This document shows positions 8,993 to 17,610 of a stretch of 64,000 bases of DNA, piece after piece. How positions within the stretch are numbered: position 1 is the stretch's first letter; each line of letters starts with the position of its first letter. Below the pieces are notes generated by a model that worked only from the letters and a program-made list of their open reading frames with translations, was not told where the DNA came from and ran no database searches. The position numbers and the translations under genes were made by a program. The DNA comes from Thermoplasmata archaeon (GTDB taxonomy: Archaea > Thermoplasmatota > Thermoplasmata > Lutacidiplasmatales > UBA184): NCBI GenBank assembly GCA_022750155.1, contig JAKIWG010000005.1, positions 34,465 to 98,464 on the forward strand. The letters run 5' to 3'.

Positions 8993-10528
8993 ATGACCGG
9001 TCGTACCACTCCGAACGTCGTGATCGTCGTGCTCGACTGCGTCCGGGCCTCGGACTTTCCCGACGGGCGGGCACCGGTCGAAGATACGCCCTTCCTCCGA
9101 ACCCTTCAGCGCGAAATGGTGACCTACTCTCGGGCGGTGGCCCCCTCGGCGTGGACGATCCCCTCGCACGCGAGCCTCTTCTCGGGGCTCTACCCGTGGG
9201 AGCACGGAATGCACCTGAAGGGGAACCTCCACTTCGACGCCTCGTTGCCCACGCTCGGGACGATGCTCGAGCGCGAGGGATATGCGAGCTACTCGCTGTC
9301 GGCGAACGGCTTCATCAGTCCCGAATTCGGTCTCACGAACGGATTCCAGCAGGCGGCGTGGGGGGCGTGGTGGGAACGGTTCGCCCGCGTGTTCTCCTCG
9401 TGGGACCATCCCCCGTGCACCTGGTCGGAGGCGGCTCCGAGCGCCACGACCGATTCTCGGCCCAATGACCCGAGCGGCCTCCCCCCGGCCTTCCAGCTGG
9501 TGAGCCGCGTGGTCCACCCGTTCGTGCAGGATCGCGACCCGTTCTGGATGCCGCTCGCCATCAACACCCTGAATCGCACGGTCAGCGGCGTGATCCGTCC
9601 GTCCGAACCGTACAGCCTCCATCTCTCGCCGTGGATCGAGTCGACGTTCTCCGGATGGCTCGCGCGGCAGCCGGGCAGTTCCCCGGTCTTCGGGTTCCTG
9701 AATTTCCTCGACGCCCACGAGCCGTACTTCACCGACCCCCGGCGGGTGACCGGCCCCCTCGAGTGGTGGCGGTACGCCGCATTAAGGATGGACAAGACCC
9801 GGGCTCTCGCCGGCACGTGGCGGCCCAGCGCACGCGAGTACCGGATGATCCATCGATTGTACCGCGACATGATCGCGCAGCTGGACCGGCGGGTCGCCCG
9901 GGTGGTACGCTCCCTCAAGGAGAGCGGTAGGTGGGACGACACCCTGTTCATCTTGACCAGCGATCACGGGCAGGCGTTCGGGGAGCACGACTTCCTATTC
10001 CATGGCTACCGGGTCTGGGAACCGGTCCTTCGCGTGCCGCTCTGGGTCCACTACCCCGCGGGAGCCGATGCGGGGATGCGCGTGAACGAGTGGGCGAGCC
10101 TGGTCGACGTGGCCCCGACCGTCATGGAGGCGATTGGACAGTCCGTCAACGGTTTTCCCTCCTCCTACCCGCTTACGGCGCTCCACCGCGCACCGCGGCC
10201 GGCACCGGTGGTGGGGATCGCCGATGGGGTCCACGTGCGTCAGGTGTTGGAGTCGCTCTGTGGTCCGGAGCGCGTGCGATTCTGGGACGGACCGATGGTG
10301 GCGACCTACCACGGCGACCGCAAGGTCATTCGGGATGTCTGGGCCGACCGTGACTCCCAGTTCGACCTCGCCGAGGACCCGGACGAATTGCACGACCTCG
10401 GGGCCCAGGCGGGAGGCGAGGAACTGCGCGCGGTGGCCCTCGAGGCGGGGCGCCGCCTGGTCGCCCAGCCGGCTCCCACTCAGAGCCCGGATGTCGAGAA
10501 TCGGCTCCGATCCTGGGGTTACTGCTAG
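8993..10528 (+). CDS. Sulfatase-fold enzyme, paralog S2, cytoplasmic; Thr in the nucleophile position
   Basis: 511 aa. Motifs are 'NVVIVVLDCVRASDF', 'APSAWTIPSHASLFSGLYPWEHG' and 'FILTSDHGQAFGEH'. There is no signal peptide. It ends 'ENRLRSWGYC'. Confidence 0.85.
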   Translation: MTGRTTPNVVIVVLDCVRASDFPDGRAPVEDTPFLRTLQREMVTYSRAVAPSAWTIPSHASLFSGLYPWEHGMHLKGNLHFDASLPTLGTMLEREGYASYSLSANGFISPEFGLTNGFQQAAWGAWWERFARVFSSWDHPPCTWSEAAPSATTDSRPNDPSGLPPAFQLVSRVVHPFVQDRDPFWMPLAINTLNRTVSGVIRPSEPYSLHLSPWIESTFSGWLARQPGSSPVFGFLNFLDAHEPYFTDPRRVTGPLEWWRYAALRMDKTRALAGTWRPSAREYRMIHRLYRDMIAQLDRRVARVVRSLKESGRWDDTLFILTSDHGQAFGEHDFLFHGYRVWEPVLRVPLWVHYPAGADAGMRVNEWASLVDVAPTVMEAIGQSVNGFPSSYPLTALHRAPRPAPVVGIADGVHVRQVLESLCGPERVRFWDGPMVATYHGDRKVIRDVWADRDSQFDLAEDPDELHDLGAQAGGEELRAVALEAGRRLVAQPAPTQSPDVENRLRSWGYC

Positions 10529-10569
10529 CGTCACCCGAGAAAGTTTCTCCAGAAACCGCCGTCGATCCG

Positions 10570-11790
10570 CTACGGCGCGGCCGGCCGGAGAAGGGCGATG
10601 AACCGGTCCACCCCCTCGCGGGCCGCGGCCACCTTGTCGAGCACGCGATCCGGCATCGCTCCGGGCCGCCGGAGAAATTCCACCCGTTCGCGCAGCGCCG
10701 CCCGAAGCGCCGGAGCGTCTTCGGCCGGGACGAAGGTGACCTTCTCCCCCAGGTCGCGCGCGAACTCGCGAAGCTGCGGGACGTCGTAGGCGACGAGGTC
10801 GAGGTCGGCCAATGCGCCGACGTTCATCACGCCGGAGATCCCGCCCGTCGCTCGGTAGGGGAGCAGGAGGATGTGGTGTCGCCGGGCGAGGGGGAAGACC
10901 TCCTCCTCGTCGACGCGCCCGAGGAAGTGGAACTGCGCCTTCGGGAGGGAGGACTTCGCCTGTTCCAGCTGCGCGCCGAACTCGGGAAAGCCCGGGTTGG
11001 CCTCTCCGGCGATCGTGACGTCGATCGGGGCGCCATCGTTCACGAGTTCCTCGAGCACCCGCAGAGAACCGGTGAGGTCCTTCTGGGGACCCCAGTACCC
11101 GAACAGCAGGATCCGTACGGGAGGAGGGGGCGCGGGGCGCGGAGCGGATGCGGCGTCCGGTCGCGTGGCCGCGAAGATCGCCTCCAGATACGGAAGGACG
11201 AGGACCTCACACGCCCCGCCGATCTCCCGTGCCACCACGACCCGCATGCTTTCGAGCGGGACAACGACCCGGGTGGAGGCGGTCATGATCCGTTCCAGCG
11301 TGCGCACCCCGAGGCGCGCGACGCCCCCGACCTGGAAGCCCAAGGTCGCCGTGTCCTGAGTTTCGAAGAAATTGTGCATGTAGACGAGGACCGGTTTACG
11401 GGCCGTGACCCGAAGGACCGTGGGAACGAGCATGCCGATCGCGTTGGCGATCGCGCGGCGCCCGAACGCGCTCACGTAGATGCTGAACACGAACACGTCG
11501 ACCCCGGCCCTGGCCGACCACATCCGCCCGAGGCTTCGGAGAAGGGAGGACGGTCGGTCGGCTTCCCAGGTGCCCTCGACCTTCAGCCGCGCAGGGTCGC
11601 CCCCCGGGGGCATGACCGCATCGCTCGGTCCGAAGACCCGGACGAGGGCGACTCGGGGAGAGCGCGCGAGCTCCCAGACGAGCGAGGTGGAGAAGCTGCC
11701 GGCGCGTTCCGAGTGGGGGTAGAAGACCCCGAAGAATCCGATGCGGAGCGGGTCGGCCGGCGTTTCCCGGCGGGGCGGTTCGCCGGCCAT
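10570..11790 (-). CDS. GT-B fold glycosyltransferase (GT4-like)
   Basis: 406 aa with an ATG start. The N-terminal 'IGFFGVFYP' and the C-terminal half 'ILLFGYWGPQKD...FLGRVDEEEVFPLARRHHILLLPYR...GVMNVGALADLDLVAYD' have a two-Rossmann glycosyltransferase layout. It starts 6 nt after the stop of S3. Confidence 0.6.
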   Translation of the reverse strand: MAGEPPRRETPADPLRIGFFGVFYPHSERAGSFSTSLVWELARSPRVALVRVFGPSDAVMPPGGDPARLKVEGTWEADRPSSLLRSLGRMWSARAGVDVFVFSIYVSAFGRRAIANAIGMLVPTVLRVTARKPVLVYMHNFFETQDTATLGFQVGGVARLGVRTLERIMTASTRVVVPLESMRVVVAREIGGACEVLVLPYLEAIFAATRPDAASAPRPAPPPPVRILLFGYWGPQKDLTGSLRVLEELVNDGAPIDVTIAGEANPGFPEFGAQLEQAKSSLPKAQFHFLGRVDEEEVFPLARRHHILLLPYRATGGISGVMNVGALADLDLVAYDVPQLREFARDLGEKVTFVPAEDAPALRAALRERVEFLRRPGAMPDRVLDKVAAAREGVDRFIALLRPAAP

Positions 11791-11796
11791 GGGGCT

Positions 11797-13347
11797 CTAG
11801 ATGTACCCCCAGGACCGCAGTCGTTCCTCGACGTCCGCGGGGGTCTGCGGGGTCCGGGACTCGAGCAGGCGGCGGCCGACGCGCTGGAGCTCGTCCGACA
11901 GGGCGGCGGCTCCGGCGGATTCGGCGGCCCAAAGATCGTGATCCTCGCCGGGGTCGACGCGTAGGTCGAAAAGTTTCTGCGTCGAGCGCGTGGCGTCGAA
12001 GACGAGTTTGCGGTCCCCCTCATACCCCGCGACGAGGACGCGGTCGAGGTCATCGCGCCGATCGGTGGCGAGCCGCTCCCGCTCGTGGTCGGGGATGATC
12101 GTGGTCCAGACGAGTCCGTCGGCCATCGCGTAGACCGCGGTGGGACGCGGCTCGTCGACGAGGCGTTCGAGAGAAACCCCGGAGGTCGCCATCCCGTCCG
12201 GGGTGCCGACGCGGGACAGGAGCGTGGGGACGACGTCGATCAGGCTCGCCCACCCCACGGCCGTGCGCCCTTCGCCCTCGTCGTGCGGCAGGCGGAGCCA
12301 GAGGGGGATCCGGAGGAGCGGGTCGTGGACCTGGAGCATGTGGAACAGCGAGCCATGCTCCCCGAACGCCTGGCCGTGGTCGCTCGTCAGCACGAGGACC
12401 GTGTTCTCCCACCGTCCCGCCTGTTGCAGCGCCTGGACCAGCGACGCGAGCCGCCGGTCGATGGCCCGGAACATCTCTCGGCAGAGGCCGTGGAGGCGCG
12501 CGAACTGCTGGGCGGTGGGGTTCCAGCGACCGGAGAGCCAGCCGACCCCGTCCTGGCGGCCGCCGGACCAGCGTATCCACGACGTGAGGCCGGGAGCGAG
12601 CTCGGGGCCCGGGTAGTACGGCTCGTGGGCCTCGAGCAGATTGACGAATGCGAAGAACGGCTGCTCGCGTGGGATCTCCGAGAGCCATCGGGCGAGCGTG
12701 GGCTCGATCCAGGGAGAGACGGAGAGGTCGGTGGGGGTCCCCGGGAGCTTCAGGCGCTGGACGAACCGTCCTCCGGCATCGAGCAGGAATGGATATCGGT
12801 GCACGGCGTGGGAGCTGCGCTTCATGATCCCCCAGAGCGCCCCGCCGCGGACCTTGGCCAGCCGACGCGAGTCCCCTTCCCCCTCGGCACCGAGAAGGTG
12901 GGGCGGTCGGGTCGGGCGGTCCCCGCGATAGTACGGTTCCCACCAGCCGGCCCAGGCGGCCCGGTCGATCCCGGAGACGAGGCCGAGGTCGGGGGAGATC
13001 AGGTGATTCGCCGAGAGCGAGAGGGTGGTGTAGCCGAGCCGCTTCAACTGCTCGGTGATGCGGGGAACGTCGGGGCTGAGCTTCAGGTTCGATTTCGCGT
13101 GGGCCCCGTGCTCCCACGGATACAACCCGGTGAACAGGCTCGCGTGGGAGGGCACGGTCCATGAGCACGGGGCGACGGCGCGTGGGAACACCGTGGAACG
13201 CGCACGAAGCGACGCCGCGAACGGCATCAGCCCGGCATCGATGGCCGCGGCGAAGTCGTCGGCGCGCACGCAGTCCATCACGACGATGACCAGGTCCGGC
13301 AAGGTCGGGTTCGTCGCGGGAGTCGTCGGCGTGCCCGCCCCGTTCAT
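11797..13347 (-). CDS. Sulfatase-fold enzyme, paralog S3, cytoplasmic; Thr in the nucleophile position
   Basis: ATG 13347 ('MNGAGTPTT...') inside ORF 11797..13656. Motifs are 'DLVIVVMDCVRADDF', 'APCSWTVPSHASLFTGLYPWEHG' and 'LVLTSDHGQAFGEH'. It ends 'EERLRSWGYI'. The upstream ORF extension is P/S/R-rich and overlaps the end of 13367..15898. Confidence 0.85.
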   Translation of the reverse strand: MNGAGTPTTPATNPTLPDLVIVVMDCVRADDFAAAIDAGLMPFAASLRARSTVFPRAVAPCSWTVPSHASLFTGLYPWEHGAHAKSNLKLSPDVPRITEQLKRLGYTTLSLSANHLISPDLGLVSGIDRAAWAGWWEPYYRGDRPTRPPHLLGAEGEGDSRRLAKVRGGALWGIMKRSSHAVHRYPFLLDAGGRFVQRLKLPGTPTDLSVSPWIEPTLARWLSEIPREQPFFAFVNLLEAHEPYYPGPELAPGLTSWIRWSGGRQDGVGWLSGRWNPTAQQFARLHGLCREMFRAIDRRLASLVQALQQAGRWENTVLVLTSDHGQAFGEHGSLFHMLQVHDPLLRIPLWLRLPHDEGEGRTAVGWASLIDVVPTLLSRVGTPDGMATSGVSLERLVDEPRPTAVYAMADGLVWTTIIPDHERERLATDRRDDLDRVLVAGYEGDRKLVFDATRSTQKLFDLRVDPGEDHDLWAAESAGAAALSDELQRVGRRLLESRTPQTPADVEERLRSWGYI

Positions 13348-13366
13348 CCGCCGCCCCCTCTTCGTC

Positions 13367-15898
13367 TCATGTCGGGTAGGTTGGGAGCAGCAGGACGGTC
13401 CATTCGCCCGAGGTATAGACGGCCCGGGCCCCGTACTCCCCCTCGAGGTAGGCCGGGGCGTTCGCCGCGAGGCTGGGCAACAGAGCCGCGGGGACATTGA
13501 GGCTCGAGTAGAGCACGAACCGGGCGGTCCAGTTGGCCCACACCGCGGTCGTCGAGACGAGGTTCGGGAGCTGCCGTATGAGGTTGCTCGCCTGGGGGGT
13601 GGTGAGGTTGAGGGTGAAGGCGACGGAGTTGGCGAGGGAGGAGGAGCGCGAGGCACTGGCGTCGATCGCGATGTGGGGGGGATGGGTCCCGTTGTACGCG
13701 TCGAAGATCCCGCCTAGGGCCGCGCTGGGGTAGAGCGACCCGCGGGTCGTGAGGGCGCCGATGAGCGTCTTGCGGATCCATGTGAAGTTCCCCGGTCCGT
13801 CCCCCCCGTGGAACCGGGCCGTCAGGTTCGGGGGTGCGACCAGCGTCGCGTGGAGATGGAGGATGCGGTATCCCGGCGACGCCGACGCCGAGACGGTATA
13901 CGACGCCTCGGGCGAGTTGGGCTGAATGGTCATGTTGATCGCGACCTGGTAGCCGACCCGGGTGAAGACGAGAGTGAGCCAGGACTGGTTGGCGGAGGTG
14001 ACGCTGATCGTCGGCGAACCGGTCAGATTGACCTCACGGATCGCCCCGAAATGCCCGTAGGTGACCACGATCTGGTTCGCCGGCATCACCACGACCGGAG
14101 TGAACGTCCCGTAGATCGCCGCCTGGTAGACGGGGGAGGAGCCGATGAACGTGGCGTTCGTCCCGGAGGTCGACGCGGCGACCAGGTTGTTGGTCACGGC
14201 ATAGCGCCCCGTGAGGGCGAGGTAGGCGAGCTCCCCGGCCAGGATGTGGGGCGGGTCGAAGGAGAAGCGCCCGGGGATGTACGGGGCGTACGCATCACGC
14301 ACCAGCAGCGCCCTCGTCCACTTTACCGCCCCGGAGACGGTGAGCACCGAGCCGGGGATCCCCGAGTGCCGGATGTAGTTGAGCGCGTCGAGGAACGCCT
14401 GGTCGTGTCCGACCCGGGTGGAGTTGAGCTCGTACTTCTCCGACAGGGGGAGCGAGACCATGTCGGCGAGCACGATCAGGAGGACCACGCCGACGGAGAA
14501 GACGAGCATCGCCCTCGGGACCCGGTATCGCACGGCATGGAGACCGAGCCGAAGCTGGTGGCGGAGGACGTTCCCTCTCGGTCGCGGGGGGCGCGGGAGC
14601 GGCAGGCCGTCGGGTCGCGGCATCAGGTACCGCTGGACCAACAGCGCGACCCCGAGGACGAGCGGGGTGATCAGGAAGTACGCCATGCGAACGTAGTCGG
14701 AAACGATGAACAGCTCCCACCCGCCGATCATCAGCCCGATGGGGGCGCCGATCATCGCCAGCACCATCGCCTCGCTCACGGTGAGGAGCTTCGGCCGGTA
14801 GAAGCGGGCATACAGGACGATGGCGACCAGCGCCCCCTCCGCCACCCCGAGGGCGAGGAGCGCGGTGACCGGTGGAAGGATCGCGTGGTGCAGCCAGATC
14901 CGGCTCAGGAGGAAGATGAAATGGCCCGGGCCGTTCTTCACGTGGGCGAACTGGCCGGTCTGCAGGTAGTGGGGATGGGGGACCCCGACGAGGCGCGTCC
15001 CGAGGTAGAACCCCCCGACCCCGAGCGCGAACAATCCCATGCCGGCCCACGCCCCGCTCGAAGAGTAGACCTCCTTGGGGATCCGGCGATAGATCAGCAT
15101 CACCGCCCAGAACAGGACCAGGGTCACGGCGAGCATGATCGCGACGAGGCTGTGGGTGAGCACCGCGGCCGTCGTGGCGACCCACGCGATGAAGATGTGC
15201 GCCGAGCGGTGGGAACGGCTGAAGCGGACCGTGTAGGCGAGTGCGATGTTGAAGAACACGAACCCGAGGAGATTCGGGTACGCGCCAAAGAAGAACAACA
15301 GCAGGAACGAGGGGTTGAGCAGCACGAACCCCTCGGCGAGGAGGGGCAAGGACCAGGTCCGGGTCAGCGAGCGGCCGAGGACGTAGGTGGACGCCCCCAG
15401 GAACGTGGTGACGACTCCGACGTACAGTCGGGCCCCCATCACCGGGCCGCCGCCCAGGATGACCAGCGACCCCAAGAGCGGGAAGAGGCCCGGCGGGTAT
15501 TGTCCGGGGATGATCCAGCTGGGCGCCGGAAGGTTGACCCAAGGGTACGAGGAGGTCACCCATTCGCCCGGGTCCCCGCCCGGAGGGACCGGATGCGCGA
15601 GCATCACCCACTCGAGCAGAATCGCTACGGCGAGGCCGATCCCGAAGGAGAGGATGAGCGCCGGGGTGTCCGCCTTGGCCTTTCCCAACAGACCGCTCGG
15701 CTCCGGCAGCGCGGGGAGGTCGCGGAAGAAGTAGGCGTGGAGCGCGCGAATTCGTCGGACGACGTAGCCGGCGTTCGTCGGCCTTGGTCCGCCGGGGACC
15801 ACCGCGGGCGAAGGTCTCGGGGGAGCGGCACGGACCGGAGTCGTCGAGCTCGCGGTGGGTGCGCTGTCGCGGGGTCGAGTCGGAGCCGGCGCCGACAT
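13367..15898 (-). CDS. Large polytopic membrane protein, GT-C-like putative glycosyltransferase (paralog A) with an extracytoplasmic sequon-rich C-terminal domain
   Basis: ATG 15898 ('MSAPAPT...') inside ORF 13367..16261; the upstream part overlaps S4. It has more than 10 hydrophobic segments. The first-loop motif is 'PPGGDPGEWVTSSYPW', and 'FGAYPNLLGF', 'LTHSL' and 'VSDYVRMAYF' are present. The C-terminal ~350 aa are soluble, with many N-x-S/T, ending '...GEWTVLLLPTYPT'. Confidence 0.65.
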   Translation of the reverse strand: MSAPAPTRPRDSAPTASSTTPVRAAPPRPSPAVVPGGPRPTNAGYVVRRIRALHAYFFRDLPALPEPSGLLGKAKADTPALILSFGIGLAVAILLEWVMLAHPVPPGGDPGEWVTSSYPWVNLPAPSWIIPGQYPPGLFPLLGSLVILGGGPVMGARLYVGVVTTFLGASTYVLGRSLTRTWSLPLLAEGFVLLNPSFLLLFFFGAYPNLLGFVFFNIALAYTVRFSRSHRSAHIFIAWVATTAAVLTHSLVAIMLAVTLVLFWAVMLIYRRIPKEVYSSSGAWAGMGLFALGVGGFYLGTRLVGVPHPHYLQTGQFAHVKNGPGHFIFLLSRIWLHHAILPPVTALLALGVAEGALVAIVLYARFYRPKLLTVSEAMVLAMIGAPIGLMIGGWELFIVSDYVRMAYFLITPLVLGVALLVQRYLMPRPDGLPLPRPPRPRGNVLRHQLRLGLHAVRYRVPRAMLVFSVGVVLLIVLADMVSLPLSEKYELNSTRVGHDQAFLDALNYIRHSGIPGSVLTVSGAVKWTRALLVRDAYAPYIPGRFSFDPPHILAGELAYLALTGRYAVTNNLVAASTSGTNATFIGSSPVYQAAIYGTFTPVVVMPANQIVVTYGHFGAIREVNLTGSPTISVTSANQSWLTLVFTRVGYQVAINMTIQPNSPEASYTVSASASPGYRILHLHATLVAPPNLTARFHGGDGPGNFTWIRKTLIGALTTRGSLYPSAALGGIFDAYNGTHPPHIAIDASASRSSSLANSVAFTLNLTTPQASNLIRQLPNLVSTTAVWANWTARFVLYSSLNVPAALLPSLAANAPAYLEGEYGARAVYTSGEWTVLLLPTYPT

Positions 15899-15983
15899 CG
15901 TCGCTAGATGCCTCCCCACGACGAGGCGTCCTCCGATCGAGCCGACCCCGAACCAAGCGGCGGGGGCCTGGGCGAGGCGGAGA

Positions 15984-17504
15984 TCATAGGTAGCCCCACG
16001 ACCGCAGTCGATCCTCCACGTCGGCGCTGGGGGCGATGGTCGTCCCCGACGCCATTCGAGCCGCGGCGGTCCGAGTGGCCTTGAGCAACCCGGCCGATCC
16101 CTCCGACTCCGAAGACCAAAGGTCGACGGATTCGGACGGGTCTCGGCCCACGTCGTACACCCGCGCCGTGTCCGTCGCGACGTCGTACACCAGCTTGCGC
16201 TCCCCCTCGTAGGCCGCGACGAGCAGCCGGTCGATCGATTCGCGTCGAAGGAGCGGAGCACGGCGCCGATCCTCGGCGTGCACCAGTCCGTCCGAGAAGG
16301 CGAGCACCGGACCCGTCCGGGGCCGGTCGATGAGATCCTCGAGCGGCACCCCCACGCCCCCGAGGGCGTCCGAGGGGAGGCCCGCGGCGCATAGCGCCGT
16401 GGGTCCGAGGTCGATCAGGCTGGCCCAGCCGCTCCCGCGAACACGTCCAGTACCCCCCCCGGGGGGACGGTAGATGAGCGGGATCCTCAACTCCGCCTCG
16501 TCCACACCCTGGATGTGGAAGAGGGCCCCGTGCTCGCCAAACGCCTGGCCGTGGTCGCTCGTGAGGATCATCAGCGTGTCGTCCCACCTACCGGCGCTCC
16601 GGAACGCGGAGATGATCTGTCCGAGGCGCCGGTCGAGGCCCTGGACGGTGCACCGATAAAGGTGGTGAAGTCGGGCATACTCGGCGGGGCTCGGATTCCA
16701 GTCACCGGAGACCCACCCCATCCGGTCCTGACGGCTCCGGACGTATGCCCAAAAGTCCCGGATCGAGGGGAGACCCTCGGCGTCCCGGAGGTACGGTTCG
16801 TGCGCGTCCAGCAGATTGATGAAACAGAAGACCGGCTCCGAGGGCGGCGTCTCCGAGAGCCATCGGTCGAGTGTGGGCTCGAGCCAGGAGGCCATCGCGG
16901 GACGAAGCGGCTCGTCGCCCGCCCGCATGTGGAGAGCCACCCGGGTCCCGACGTCCCAGACCCCCGGGTATCGCGCCAGGAAGACGCCGGTCCACTGGGC
17001 GGCGCCGTGGAGACCGCGTACCCGGCTCTCGAGGGCGGCCGCCCGGTTCGGACGGCCCTCGAGGCTCTGCGGGGGGCTCCGGGCCCGGCTCACCCGGTCG
17101 AACAGGGTGGTCCCCCACGCGGCCTGCTGGAACCCGTCGACCAAGCCCAGGTTGGGAGAGATCAGGCCGTTGGCCGATACCGAAAGCGTCCGGTAGCCCG
17201 CCGACCGAAGCAGGCCGCCGACCTTCGGCAGGGCGGGGTCGAGATGGAGCTGCCCACGCGCGTGGACCTGGTGCTCCCACGGGTACCGGCCCGTAAACAG
17301 CGTGGCATGCGCCGGAACGGTCCAGTGGGCCACGCTCGCCGCGAGCGGGAATTCGACCGCGTCGCGAAGGAGTTCTTGTACGAAGGGCATCGGTGAGACA
17401 GGGTCGGCGCCCCCGGGGAAGTCGCTGGCCCGAACGCAGTCGAGCACGACGATCAGCACGTTGGGGGGATGGCCCGGTACCATCGGTTGGCCGGAATCTT
17501 CCAT
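15984..17504 (-). CDS. Sulfatase-fold enzyme, paralog S4, cytoplasmic; Thr in the nucleophile position
   Basis: 506 aa with an ATG start. Motifs are 'NVLIVVLDCVRASDF', 'SVAHWTVPAHATLFTGRYPWEH' and 'MILTSDHGQAFGEH'. It ends 'EDRLRSWGYL'. Confidence 0.85.
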   Translation of the reverse strand: MEDSGQPMVPGHPPNVLIVVLDCVRASDFPGGADPVSPMPFVQELLRDAVEFPLAASVAHWTVPAHATLFTGRYPWEHQVHARGQLHLDPALPKVGGLLRSAGYRTLSVSANGLISPNLGLVDGFQQAAWGTTLFDRVSRARSPPQSLEGRPNRAAALESRVRGLHGAAQWTGVFLARYPGVWDVGTRVALHMRAGDEPLRPAMASWLEPTLDRWLSETPPSEPVFCFINLLDAHEPYLRDAEGLPSIRDFWAYVRSRQDRMGWVSGDWNPSPAEYARLHHLYRCTVQGLDRRLGQIISAFRSAGRWDDTLMILTSDHGQAFGEHGALFHIQGVDEAELRIPLIYRPPGGGTGRVRGSGWASLIDLGPTALCAAGLPSDALGGVGVPLEDLIDRPRTGPVLAFSDGLVHAEDRRRAPLLRRESIDRLLVAAYEGERKLVYDVATDTARVYDVGRDPSESVDLWSSESEGSAGLLKATRTAAARMASGTTIAPSADVEDRLRSWGYL

Positions 17505-17610
17505 CCGGGTTCGCTCTTAAAGCTCTAGACCGCGATTCAACCGAAATGGGTGTGTGCTACTGCGCACGGATACGGGTAGGCGCATACGGGACACCTCGAG
17601 CCGGCCCCAC

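Noticed and set aside
13808-15907. 699-aa plus-strand ORF, and the 14295..15956 minus-strand ORF, overlapping GT-C-like paralog A
   Set aside because: Both have highly charged R/D/E/G composition. The accepted frame gives more than 10 clean TM helices, which chance does not produce.
1861-17504. Annotating the four paralogs as genuine (aryl)sulfatases
   Set aside because: The formylglycine motif C/S-x-P-x-R is replaced by T-x-P-[SA]-H in all four. There is no export signal, and no anSME/FGE-like maturase appears in the window. I kept only the fold-level call.
17515-17525. 'GCTTTAAGAG' (minus strand) as the promoter of S4
   Set aside because: The box is centred only about 16 nt from ATG 17504. 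That is too close for the ~26-nt archaeal TATA-to-TSS spacing unless the real start is the internal Met at 17483. I left it unannotated.
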